A stretch of 64,000 nt of DNA. It comes from an uncultured candidate division Zixibacteria bacterium. Its GTDB lineage: Bacteria; Zixibacteria; MSB-5A5; GN15; FEB-12. The stretch lies in the NCBI GenBank assembly GCA_963806185.1, contig CAWDXE010000004.1, positions 192,001 to 256,000 of the forward strand. Reading direction: 5' to 3'. Shown here in pieces: positions 1 through 9,464 of this stretch (its first letter is position 1; each line of letters begins with the position of its first letter). The position numbers and the translations under genes were made by a program. The notes beneath the pieces were generated by a model that saw only the letters and a program-made list of their open reading frames with translations, did not search any database and was not told the DNA's origin.

Positions 1-1304
1 CTTGGCGCGAGAAGTCCATCAGGCTGTCGACGAACCGTTTGATCTTGAAGATATTCTCGACGATCGACTTGCTGTTGAACTTGACCTTCTCGGGTTGCCG
101 CGATCGAGATTGATCGACAGCAGCTCAGCGTTGTTGGATATGATCGACAGGAAGTTATTCAGCTCGTGGGCGACCGACGCTGCCATTTCGCCTCGCGCGA
201 CCAGTTTCTCGGACAGTATGACGTACTGCTCCATGGTGACTTCTTCGGTGATGTCCTGGACCGTCATGACGAGGCCGTCGTGTCCGTTGGGCAGCGCCTG
301 CAGCGGCGAAATTTTGAGCGACAGGACCTTCTCGAGATAGCCGGTGTTGTGGAAGTACCGGCGGTCGGCAAATTCCTGATTGGTGTGAGAACGGTGTTTA
401 GCATTCGCTGCCACCGCGGGCGTTGCTGTTCGGGGAGCAGATCGACAAAGACGGTCGGTTTCGGTTGTCGCCGATCAGGGTTATTTTGTCGCGATTGAGA
501 TCGAAGATTTCAAGGGCAATCGGATTAATGGTGGCAATCCGTCCGTGGATATCAATAACGACGATGCCGACCGGTGACTTGACCACGACCGATTCGTTGT
601 ACTTCTCCATGCGCAGCAGTGATTCATATATGTGGGCGTTGTGCAGGGCGTTGGAAACCAACTGGGCATACAGTTCGAACAGATACAAGATCGGACTTCA
701 GAAACATCTTCGCCTGGTTGGAGTTGTCCAGATAGATGACGCCGATGACTTGTTCCCTGGACGTGCAGCGGGACGCACATGATCGAGCGCAAGATGCAGT
801 TCGACGACGGATTTCTGATGGGCGTACCGATCGTCCGCCATGGCGTCGGACGTGTACACCGGCTTACCGGTCCGGGCGACCTGGCTGGTAATCGACGACG
901 AGATGCGGAAGTCCTCTTCCATCATCTGTTCTTTGCAGAGATTGTACGCCGACTTCATCTGCAATTCGCCGTCGGCGTCCAGCAGCATGATGAGGCCGCG
1001 CTCGGCCTGCATCAGTTCGAATGGCCTTCTCCATCACCAGGCGAAGAACATCGTCGAGCACGAGCGACGAGTTGATCGCAATCGAGATCTCAAGTAGGGC
1101 TTTGAGATCGGCTGAACGCCGCGTTGCCCCGTCGCCGTCTTCTTCCACGCGCGGGTTGGTCTGAGCGACCTTGCTGAGCGTAGCTTCCAGGTCGGCAAAC
1201 ATCTCCATAGCCAACTTGCCGGTATCTTCGACATCCATCGGTGACGGCCGATTGGTCGGAAGGGCCAGAGGATCGAGTGTAGAGCGGCTCTGCTGTATAG
1301 ACAT
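1..1304 (-). pseudogene. GAF-PAS sensor histidine kinase, broken by multiple frameshifts and running off the window edge (probably sequencing errors)
   Basis: Consecutive minus-strand ORF pieces in different frames give the N-terminus/GAF start (LKALLEISIAINSSLVLDDVL), GAF (AERGLIML...RSIMCVPL), PAS (SPVGIVVIDIHGRIATINP) and HisKA (ARGEMAASVAHELNNFL). Confidence 0.8.
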
Positions 1305-1338
1305 ACGCTTTTCCCGTTACATATGTGCCTGTCAGTCT

Positions 1339-1365
1339 TTATCGGAACAAGTGCCAAAAGCCTGA
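1339..1365 (-). promoter_or_regulatory. Putative sigma28-like promoter upstream of the GAF-PAS kinase
   Basis: Minus strand TCAGGCTT-N11-TCCGATAA, 35 bp upstream of ATG 1304; consensus is TAAAGTTT-N11-GCCGATAA. Confidence 0.45.
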
Positions 1366-1527
1366 ATGGGACAGACCCATATTGTTGGTGCGAAAGCATA
1401 TCCGCGTGCAGACAGCCGACCACCGACAGATTCTGTCCGTGGTCGGGCAAAAACCGATATAAGTTATTGGCGGATAAATTCTTAACGATAACTCGTGCGG
1501 TCGGTCGTTTCGTCGTTCGCAAATGCC

Positions 1528-3279
1528 TCAGAATTCATGCTGAAAGCGAACGTAAATCTTAGGATCGGCATTGTCCGACCGATCCAACCGACGGGCCAGA
1601 CTGATTCTAAACGAGTCTTCGATGTAGGCCGCGACGCCTATGGAATGCTTCACCTCGGCATCGTGGAATTTGGTGTCATTGGCAATCTGGCCGACGTCCC
1701 AGAGCAGCGAAAGGGCCAGGCCGGCATGTCGGAATCGAACCCGGTACTCCGCCGAAGTCATCCAGAAGCGCGTACCCATGTATTCTTTGTGGTCATACCC
1801 GTGAAGGGTGCCGAGCCCGCCAAGGAAGAATCGCTTGAACATCGGCAGGTAGCCGTCGCTATTGCCATACCGTCCGGCCATCAGTAACGTGGTATACCGC
1901 GACACTACTTGGTATCTGCGGGCTGAAAGCGTATACCGGCTGTAGTCCCAATTGGAGTCGAAATCCTTGACCGACCATTCGGCCTGAGCCTCGACAGCCC
2001 ATGCCGAGGAATCGAATGGCGCTTTGGCATACCGTGAATCATATATTGCCGTGAGTCGAATCACCGCATTGGTGCCGGTATCGATCTCTGGAATGCTCGA
2101 CCGGCGGAACGAGGAGTCCACCGTGGACCAGTTTTCGCGGAATACCTTGCCGCCTCCGAACAATGACCAGAGGTTTCGGTGAGCGTCGAGCCAGTTGGCG
2201 GCATCGTAACGAAACGCCAATTCGCCGCTTAACCTGGGTATTGGTCGGCTGCGGAAAAAGATCTCCCCAGACGTCGTTTCGTAGTAATCACGAAAATCCT
2301 CTGTCACCAGGAGGGCGAACGCGGAATTCTCCGCGTCATCGATCATCCAGTCATCTTCCGAAGCCAACCAGTGGCCGTAGGTTCCTCCGACCGTCACAGC
2401 CGGATGCCGCAAAAGCGTCTGTTCTGCGAGAGCTTTCCATCGCAGCCGTTCGGAGGCAAAGGCGTAACCGATTTCGAGGTGTAATCTGGGCAGGGTTGAA
2501 TCGGTATCATTGAAGCCGGCCGCAATCAGCGGTGTGGCACCGTCGACGCGATTGTAAATGAACCGGGGGTAGATCTCGAATTCCTTCTGTCGAATGACCA
2601 AACTGTGGCGCCGGGACTTTCGGTCCTGAGAAGAGACGACCTCGCCGTATACGGAGGCCTCCGGCTTGATGTCTACGCGTCCGAACAGAGAGACAGCGTC
2701 TCCGCGCACCTTGGCTCCCTCGCCGATATGAATGTCGCCGAGTATCGAAATGACATCCTTGCCGACTTCACCCAGCACGTCGATTCGTCCGGTGGTGGTA
2801 AAGATCATCCCGCGCACGAAATCATTCTCAGGTACGACCATGGCCCGGCTGTTCCCGATGCGATTGCCGCGGCGAATACGGGTGATATCCGGAACCGTGT
2901 CGGTACGAGTGGAAAAATCGACACAGATTGAGTCGCGCGCCGTGGTGACTCGGGCCGCGGATATGCGGTCAAGAGCATAAACGGAATCACCGAAGTGAAG
3001 GCCGGCCGAGTCGAACAGGAGTTTCTCGCCGGCGTAAATGGCGCCATTTCGTTCTCGCACAGTTTCACGAGGATACGTCTGGTTTTGTGGTCCGGAAGGA
3101 GTATGCACGACAATTCCAAATGCCGTCGCCGTTCGACAGAGGCTGATATAGTCACGAGTCAGCGTCGGGCGGGTATATTCTTGATATACCGGCTGGGTGG
3201 AGTCGGTCTGGGCGATCGAAATCGCGGCGCCACTCAGAGTCAGAAGCGATGTTAGCAGCAAGCTGGACAGGCGAATCAT
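1528..3279 (-). CDS. Omp85/BamA-TamA-like outer-membrane barrel protein with an N-terminal beta-helix (bactofilin-like) segment
   Basis: ATG 3279 with AAGGAG RBS and signal peptide; FFLGGLGTLHGY motif, SAEYR, WDVG, terminal Phe; G/V/I-rich repeats (GRIDVLGEVGKDVISILGDIHIGEGAKVRGDAV). Confidence 0.7.
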   Translation of the reverse strand: MIRLSSLLLTSLLTLSGAAISIAQTDSTQPVYQEYTRPTLTRDYISLCRTATAFGIVVHTPSGPQNQTYPRETVRERNGAIYAGEKLLFDSAGLHFGDSVYALDRISAARVTTARDSICVDFSTRTDTVPDITRIRRGNRIGNSRAMVVPENDFVRGMIFTTTGRIDVLGEVGKDVISILGDIHIGEGAKVRGDAVSLFGRVDIKPEASVYGEVVSSQDRKSRRHSLVIRQKEFEIYPRFIYNRVDGATPLIAAGFNDTDSTLPRLHLEIGYAFASERLRWKALAEQTLLRHPAVTVGGTYGHWLASEDDWMIDDAENSAFALLVTEDFRDYYETTSGEIFFRSRPIPRLSGELAFRYDAANWLDAHRNLWSLFGGGKVFRENWSTVDSSFRRSSIPEIDTGTNAVIRLTAIYDSRYAKAPFDSSAWAVEAQAEWSVKDFDSNWDYSRYTLSARRYQVVSRYTTLLMAGRYGNSDGYLPMFKRFFLGGLGTLHGYDHKEYMGTRFWMTSAEYRVRFRHAGLALSLLWDVGQIANDTKFHDAEVKHSIGVAAYIEDSFRISLARRLDRSDNADPKIYVRFQHEF

Positions 3280-3325
3280 TCGTGCCACTCCTTGTCGGAT
3301 AGTCAAGCGCTTCCCCCGCCTTCTG

Positions 3326-3919
3326 TCAAGTTTGTTGGCGGCCGTCGCCGGATCTGCCAAGAATCCGATCCTGGTAGTCTTTAAAAGCCTGGCGGTGGGA
3401 GGCGAAGGCAATGTCGGTCGGAAGTTCATCAAAACCGAAAAAACGGACTTCCATGGCGTCGTCGCCCGCCCGCAATTCGCCGCCGGCGATATCACCCAGA
3501 TAGAGCATGAGCACGGCATTGGTACGCGGGTCATCCTGACCGACATACACCTCAAAAAAGGCCTTCAGGGTCACCTGCAATCCCGTTTCTTCTTTCAGTT
3601 CACGCACGGCCGTTTGGGACGGATGTTCGCGCCATTCCATGAAACCCGCGGGGATACACCACCAGCCAATACGCGGCGGGTGGGCTCGTTTCACGAGCAG
3701 GATACGGTTGTCCTGAACAATAATCACGCCGGCGGCCGGGACCGGATTCTGATAGTAGATGTACCCGCACCCCGGCTGTTCACAGATCAGGCGTGAATGG
3801 CCGTCGAGCTGTTGTTCTACGAGCGGCTCGGCGCAAAAAGGGCAGAAGCGATAGCCGCAATGGTGCTCCTTTCGGGCGAACAGCTTTTCGGCGTCGAAAT
3901 CGGCGTGAGGATCATTCAT
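3326..3919 (-). CDS. NUDIX hydrolase with N-terminal zinc ribbon
   Basis: FCPFC...C..C zinc ribbon and Nudix box GFMEWREHPSQTAVRELKEETG. Confidence 0.9.
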   Translation of the reverse strand: MNDPHADFDAEKLFARKEHHCGYRFCPFCAEPLVEQQLDGHSRLICEQPGCGYIYYQNPVPAAGVIIVQDNRILLVKRAHPPRIGWWCIPAGFMEWREHPSQTAVRELKEETGLQVTLKAFFEVYVGQDDPRTNAVLMLYLGDIAGGELRAGDDAMEVRFFGFDELPTDIAFASHRQAFKDYQDRILGRSGDGRQQT

Positions 3920-6173
3920 GCGAAGTGTTTCCGTTTCTCATTTTCAGCACGATAGTCGTGGTGTCGTCCTGCGGAGGGACGCTCGGGTCAAATTTGCGCA
4001 CCGTATCGAGCAGGTTCTGCGTGATCACGCGGGGGTCATGGTGTCGAGTGTCGACTACCATTTGACGCACGCGATCCTCACCGAATTCCTTACCTTCACC
4101 GTCCATGGCCTCGGAAAGTCCGTCGGTATAAAACAGGATGACGTCTTCGGGACATAGATCCACGAAGGCGGACGTGTACTCCATAAAGGGGAAGGCCCCG
4201 ATTATCGGGCCGCCGATTTCGAGCAATTCGACGCGGCCGTCGGCCCGCACGAGCACAGGATAATTGTGCCCGGCATTCGAGAAATGGAAGCGCCCGGTGG
4301 CCGGCTCCAACTCCCCGTAAAAGAGAGTGACGTATTTCTCGGCGGTTGTGCTCTGGCAGATCAGCTTGTTCATATTGCGCATGATGGTCGCAATGGCATT
4401 ACCGTTATACACTTCACTCCGAATAATGGCCTGAATTTGCGCGATCAACAGAGCGGCAGGCATTCCCTTGCCGGAGGCGTCCGCAATAACAATCCCGATG
4501 CGCTGACCTTCGTTGATGGAAATGAAATCGTAAAAATCTCCGCCTACGGTGCGCGACGGCGTGGACTGGGCCATAATGGCCATGCTCGGAAAGTCGGGCG
4601 GTTTCGACGGCAGCAGATTCAACTGAATCTGTCGGGCCATCGTCATTTCTTCCTGCAGACGAAGACGTTCCATCGAATCCGCGTAGAGCCGGGCGTTGGT
4701 GAGGGCGGTCACCATCTGGTTGGAAAGCACCTTGAGAAGATTGAGATCCTCGGACGTGTAGCGATATCCCGCGACTTTCGACGAGAGGGCAATAAAACCC
4801 AGAAGGTGTTGAGCATCCTTCATCGGCAGAATCAGGCGGGCGCGAACCTCTTTGAGCAGGTCAGCCAACGGCGAATTCTGTTCGTAATCGGACAGGGCAT
4901 CGAGAAACGTGGGTGAATCCAGCAGGTTGATGCCGCGAAGCATCAGGTCGTTGCGATCAATGATCGTCCGCCTGGCGTAGTCCTCGCTCGGCAATACCGC
5001 GTATTCGCCGACGCTGTCGTCAAAGAGCACGAAATACACGTGCTCGACCAGCAACGAAACTTTGAGCGTTTCCTCAATCTCCTGGCGCAGCTGCTTCGGA
5101 TCGAACAAAGAGATCACCTGGCGGGAAAACCGCTCCAGTATATTGCGGTAGTCGGTGCGGGTCCGGATGAACATGGAGCGGATCACGTTGTCAACCCACG
5201 TGGCGATCGGCTGGAAGAGCAGCAGAATAAAGACGATGAAGATATATGAGACCAGTCCCGCCTGTTCACCGAAGAGGGGAGTCAGGACGTCCTTGGCGCG
5301 CATGGCAAGAACGATGTACAAACCGACGAGGAGGCCGAGCGCCACCGTATAGATGATCGACTGGCGGAAAATAGCCCGAATATCAAGGAACTGGTGCCGG
5401 ATTACTGCCGTGGCGAAGAGAGTTGTCCCGGCGAGCATGGCGGCGATCAGCACAAAGGCACATAGCGGATCAGTCATCTTCACGTGAGCCACCGTGCAGA
5501 CGCCCAGTCCGAGCAGGTAGAGCCCCAGGCAGACGCGAAGTGACCAGGCGACCATGCGGGTCTGCGTCAATAGGCGCGGATTGGTGACCAGTCGCCGACC
5601 GGATTCGACGAAATACATCGCCGCCGCGGCATAAATCGTGTTCACGACGACGATCATGATTTCGTGATTGTTGCGCACATAGGCGAGGAAGAGCTGAATC
5701 TGCGTGACCAACCAGGAAAACGGCCGCAACAGAATGCTCATAAAGCCTTCGGTTGTGGTCGCAATAACGAGCGCTTCGAGCAGTCGGCTGATCTGCGGAT
5801 AGAAAATGACGACGATCAGATGCACGACATAGGGCAGGAAGATGGCGAAACGCAGTCTGGGGTGCCGCAATTCTCGCATCCGGTCAATCGGATACGACCA
5901 GGCGAAGAGCAGCAGGACCGGAAAGAACAGCTCCCAGAGGAAATAGAGATTGTAGAGAGTGCTTTGGGAGAAATTGGGGTCGGCGGCGACGGTATTGGAA
6001 ACGATCATTCCCAGGGCGAGGGCGAGCGGGCCGAGTCCGGCAAAAAAGCATAACAGTCCGGCCAGCCGATTCAGCCGGTTGGCAAAATTATCCCGCGTGA
6101 TGGTGATCGCCAGAAAGATGAGGAAACCACCCGTCAGGAAATAAATGAATGTCTTAATAATCTCGACCGTCAT
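3912..6173 (-). CDS. Membrane-bound GAF + SpoIIE/PP2C phosphatase (RsbU-like)
   Basis: Multi-TM N-terminus, GAF, and the motifs ARQIQLNLLP, VGGDFYD, IADASGKG, YTDGLSEA, QDDTT. Confidence 0.9.
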   Translation of the reverse strand: MTVEIIKTFIYFLTGGFLIFLAITITRDNFANRLNRLAGLLCFFAGLGPLALALGMIVSNTVAADPNFSQSTLYNLYFLWELFFPVLLLFAWSYPIDRMRELRHPRLRFAIFLPYVVHLIVVIFYPQISRLLEALVIATTTEGFMSILLRPFSWLVTQIQLFLAYVRNNHEIMIVVVNTIYAAAAMYFVESGRRLVTNPRLLTQTRMVAWSLRVCLGLYLLGLGVCTVAHVKMTDPLCAFVLIAAMLAGTTLFATAVIRHQFLDIRAIFRQSIIYTVALGLLVGLYIVLAMRAKDVLTPLFGEQAGLVSYIFIVFILLLFQPIATWVDNVIRSMFIRTRTDYRNILERFSRQVISLFDPKQLRQEIEETLKVSLLVEHVYFVLFDDSVGEYAVLPSEDYARRTIIDRNDLMLRGINLLDSPTFLDALSDYEQNSPLADLLKEVRARLILPMKDAQHLLGFIALSSKVAGYRYTSEDLNLLKVLSNQMVTALTNARLYADSMERLRLQEEMTMARQIQLNLLPSKPPDFPSMAIMAQSTPSRTVGGDFYDFISINEGQRIGIVIADASGKGMPAALLIAQIQAIIRSEVYNGNAIATIMRNMNKLICQSTTAEKYVTLFYGELEPATGRFHFSNAGHNYPVLVRADGRVELLEIGGPIIGAFPFMEYTSAFVDLCPEDVILFYTDGLSEAMDGEGKEFGEDRVRQMVVDTRHHDPRVITQNLLDTVRKFDPSVPPQDDTTTIVLKMRNGNTSHE

Positions 6174-6205
6174 AGCGGCCCGATCCGGCTTTTGTTACCG
6201 ATCCC

Positions 6206-6625
6206 TTATATGGATTTGGTGATGATAATGGTTGTGCCGTCGGCACCCGGTTCAATATCGACACTGTCCATCAGGGCCCGAACGATAAAAATGCCGCGCC
6301 CGACCTCGCGCAGAAGGTTTTCGTCAGCGACCGGATTGGCGATGTGGGTCGGGTCGAATCCCCCACCCTGGTCGGTGACGGCAATTGACACCCGGCCGTC
6401 GACATTGCGAATCCTCACCGTCACCGATCTCTCACCATCGGCTCGATTGCCGTGCACAATGGCATTGTTGACCAGTTCCGAGGCGGAGATGGCGATGTCG
6501 GCGATGGTCGATTCCGTGGCCCCGTAACCACGAAGAACTCCCTCGAGAAAGGAATCGACATCCTGCAGGTACTCCGTGCTTGACGGGATGACGATCGTGT
6601 CGCCGGTGATGAATGGTTTTTTCAT
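6206..6625 (-). CDS. rsbW: Anti-sigma factor / Ser kinase (RsbW-like HATPase)
   Basis: SELVNNAIVHGN, DQGGGFD, GRGIFIVRALMD. Confidence 0.85.
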   Translation of the reverse strand: MKKPFITGDTIVIPSSTEYLQDVDSFLEGVLRGYGATESTIADIAISASELVNNAIVHGNRADGERSVTVRIRNVDGRVSIAVTDQGGGFDPTHIANPVADENLLREVGRGIFIVRALMDSVDIEPGADGTTIIITKSI

Positions 6626-6639
6626 CGGTGATACACTCC

Positions 6640-6672
6640 AAAAAAACAGGCAGGCGTGGCCGCGCCTACCTG
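6640..6672 (-). terminator. Intrinsic terminator-like hairpin between rsbV and rsbW
   Basis: Minus strand CAGGTAGGCG-loop-CGCCTGCCTG followed by T7. Confidence 0.6.
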
Positions 6673-6706
6673 CGTATATAGGGTGAAACGCTCATTAGCA
6701 CATGAA

Positions 6707-7045
6707 TCACTTGAAACTGCGAATCGCCTCCTCGACAGAGTCATACGACTCAAACACCGTCACCAGTTTGGTGATGGTGAGAAGCGATTGAATCTTTTCG
6801 GTGACATTGGCAAGTTTCAATTGACCGTCGTGGTTACGCAAGGTGGTGTAACCGGAGATCAGAATGCCCAGGCCGGTCGAGTTCATCCAGTCCACCTGGG
6901 CCAAATTGATAACCACGCTCTTTCGATTCTGCTCGATATACTCATGCAGCTTGTCATGCAATAGACTGGCGTCGGGCCCCCCCATGATTTTCCCCTTCGG
7001 CTCCAGGATTACGATGTCACCCTGGACGCGATCAGTCAGCTTCAT
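6707..7045 (-). CDS. rsbV: STAS anti-sigma-factor antagonist (RsbV-like)
   Basis: 112 aa STAS domain with VDWMNSTGLG phospho-Ser motif. Confidence 0.9.
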   Translation of the reverse strand: MKLTDRVQGDIVILEPKGKIMGGPDASLLHDKLHEYIEQNRKSVVINLAQVDWMNSTGLGILISGYTTLRNHDGQLKLANVTEKIQSLLTITKLVTVFESYDSVEEAIRSFK

Positions 7046-7224
7046 ACTGCACAGCCTCCGTTTGAGAAGATAACTTCCATACGATAATCATTGCGTCAGG
7101 TTTCGGGTAAACGCGCCCGGACCTCCGCTAAGTGCTTAATTAGTCGGGTGTTGGAGACAGAGTCAAGGAGAAAGTAGGCGGCCGGGACAAACCGGCCACC
7201 GCGACGCGATTACCTGCCCTTTTG

Positions 7225-8862
7225 CTACTGGCCGCAACAGCCAGGCAAAGGGGTGAAAGTGATGAAGAGGTTGTTAATCAATCCGGTCAGATCGCCTATG
7301 TCGATATTACCAGTCGGGTCACCATCGCAATTGGCCTCCGCATCGCAACAATTGGGGACGAAGGTGATGAACAGGTTGTTGACCAGGGCGGTCAGATCCC
7401 CAATGTCAACTCCGTCCATCGGATCGCAATCGACATTTCCGACATCGGCGACACAGCAGGCCGGGCAAGGCGTGCAGAATTCGGTCTGCAGGTGTGCGAC
7501 ATACCAGTCATACAGTTCTGCCGCATTGGCTTGCAGGTCGGTCAGGTGCCCGTTTTCGACGGTCGTCAAGGCGGTGAAGAAGACCAGTGTATCAGTCGCC
7601 GACAAGCCGAAATCGTGCATATAAGTCAGGACGCTGAACAAATCGGACTGAGTCGGACCCGTTGCATGAAGGCCGGCGGCGGCGGTGGCGTTCCAGTGGT
7701 ACTGCCCTTCGATCGCCTCTTCAGCCGTGTCGTACTTGATAATGGAGTCTGTCAGCTCGACATATGATCCAAAAAACGTCCGGCTGTTGACACAGGGCGT
7801 CGCGCTTGAGTGCCAGGCCAAAAACACCTGTGAAGCTAGTCGGTTGGAGTCGGGTTGGCACCCCAGACCGTCCATCTCGACACCCCGCTGATAAGTGGCG
7901 GGTATCGTGGCGTCGATTGATCCCGTGTTGATCAGGTTGACGTCCGACGGAATATCCCAATCAGTCATTTCCGCCAACGTTAGATGCGCCTGCGGCGAGC
8001 CGCTCATCGAGAAGACCTCGGTTTTGACGATCATGCCGTCGCACGGTCCGGTATTGGAGGCCGCGACTTTCGGCGCGTAGATCGTCCGGCGAAGCCCCAC
8101 GCTTAAATCATGGGTACAAAGGACGCCGGTGGTGAAAGCAGTGTAATCAGCGGTTGAGAGAGTATCGGCGGCGCCAGGGTTCGGCACGGTGAAAGCTTGC
8201 GTGGTTGCAAACCCCTCCGTTTGATAGAGAGCCGAGTGAAAGGTGTAATCGGTCGGGCCATTCTTGCGAATCAACATCGGCCCGCCGCTGTAAAGATATA
8301 CCTTGGCCGTAGGGCTGCAATCGATCGACTGCCCAAGGTAGTCCAGGTTGACGGTGCCGGAGCCGAGATCTCCCATCTCGCCCGATTCCGATACGCACAG
8401 GCGTACGCACGGCGTCGCCAGTGTGTCAACTTTGAGTGAGCCGGACGCACCACCACCGATGTCATATTCCACAATTGGCAGTAGGAGAGAATCCTCGGGA
8501 TCGGCCAGATTGGTTTTGGCAAAGATGTACCCTTCGAGGCGGTAGCTGACGCCTGGTCCGCCGAAAATGCCGTTCTTATTCAGGATCACCATGAACGTCT
8601 GGTCGCTGCTGTTGGCCGGTAGGACCAATGAGGTTGGCTCCACACCCAGCCAATCGGTGCCGGGGAAGGTCGTTTCGACGCCCCCGATTTGCGAGAGGGT
8701 GACCGACGAGCCACTGGTGTTTTCCACCACGACAATGACGGTTTCGGCAACGTTGGCCGGTGTCCCTCCCGTGATGAGGTCGGGATTGAAAATAATGGTC
8801 TGGCCGAGGGCCTGGCTGCAGGCGATCAGCAATAGTCCGAAGAGTATACGTCCGTGTTTCAT
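7225..8862 (-). CDS. Secreted protein with C-terminal dockerin-like double EF-hand repeat
   Basis: Signal peptide; tail CCVADVGNVDCDPMDGVDIGDLTALVNNLFITF...ANCDGDPTGNIDIGDLTGLINNLFITF. Confidence 0.75.
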   Translation of the reverse strand: MKHGRILFGLLLIACSQALGQTIIFNPDLITGGTPANVAETVIVVVENTSGSSVTLSQIGGVETTFPGTDWLGVEPTSLVLPANSSDQTFMVILNKNGIFGGPGVSYRLEGYIFAKTNLADPEDSLLLPIVEYDIGGGASGSLKVDTLATPCVRLCVSESGEMGDLGSGTVNLDYLGQSIDCSPTAKVYLYSGGPMLIRKNGPTDYTFHSALYQTEGFATTQAFTVPNPGAADTLSTADYTAFTTGVLCTHDLSVGLRRTIYAPKVAASNTGPCDGMIVKTEVFSMSGSPQAHLTLAEMTDWDIPSDVNLINTGSIDATIPATYQRGVEMDGLGCQPDSNRLASQVFLAWHSSATPCVNSRTFFGSYVELTDSIIKYDTAEEAIEGQYHWNATAAAGLHATGPTQSDLFSVLTYMHDFGLSATDTLVFFTALTTVENGHLTDLQANAAELYDWYVAHLQTEFCTPCPACCVADVGNVDCDPMDGVDIGDLTALVNNLFITFVPNCCDAEANCDGDPTGNIDIGDLTGLINNLFITFTPLPGCCGQ

Positions 8863-8973
8863 AGTACTTCCAGTTATCGGTTGCCAGAGGTAATGAGATT
8901 AGTTCTGTCGAGCCGATCGGCCGTCGGATCGGATTCCGGACCCATTATAGCGAGAACGAGGGAGAGACGCCAC

Positions 8974-9000
8974 AAAAGAAAGGGCGCCCGAAGGCGCCCT
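8974..9000 (-). terminator. Intrinsic terminator of the redox operon
   Basis: Minus strand AGGGCGCC-TTCG-GGCGCCCT-TTCTTTT. Confidence 0.85.
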
Positions 9001-9029
9001 GAAATGATTGGCTCGTTCCGTTTTCGGTT

Positions 9030-9464
9030 CTACGCCGACTTTGTTTTCGTCGTCACGGCCGGCTCATATACCAGCGCTTTCGTGGGGCAGAAGTGGGCGC
9101 ACACCGGATCTCCGCCGCAGAGGTCACACTTGACGACCATATGGTGTTGTTTGTCAAGCAATGAACATCCAAACGGGCAGGAGGCGACACACGCGAGACA
9201 ACGAATGCACTTGGCCTGATCGATTTCCATCGCGCCCGTTGTTTCATTGCGCGTAATGGCATTCACCAGGCAGGACTTGGCGCAGGCAGGATCCTCGCAC
9301 TGCAGACAAACGACCGGCACCCACAGCTCCTTGAACGTCGTCGTCAACGGATAGATGCGACTCCGGCTCGGCTTACCCTCGACCGGATGAGAGAAGGAAC
9401 AGGCGAGTTCGCAGGTCCGGCAGCCGATGCAGAGATTCGGCTTAACGTAAAAACGGTTTTCCAT
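9030..9464 (-). CDS. 4x[4Fe-4S] electron-transfer protein (CooF/AorA/DmsB-like)
   Basis: CIGCRTCELAC, CLQCEDPACAKSC, CIRCLACVASCP, CDLC...CAHFCP; the start overlaps the upstream stop (TAATG). Confidence 0.9.
   Translation of the reverse strand: MENRFYVKPNLCIGCRTCELACSFSHPVEGKPSRSRIYPLTTTFKELWVPVVCLQCEDPACAKSCLVNAITRNETTGAMEIDQAKCIRCLACVASCPFGCSLLDKQHHMVVKCDLCGGDPVCAHFCPTKALVYEPAVTTKTKSA

Noticed and set aside
1345..1360. sigma54 promoter (TGGCAC on the minus strand)
   Set aside because: The -12 TTGC element is missing at the required spacing; a sigma28-like reading fits better.
8874..8900. sigma28-like promoter before the dockerin protein
   Set aside because: ACCGATAA is present but there is no acceptable -35 at 11-nt spacing.
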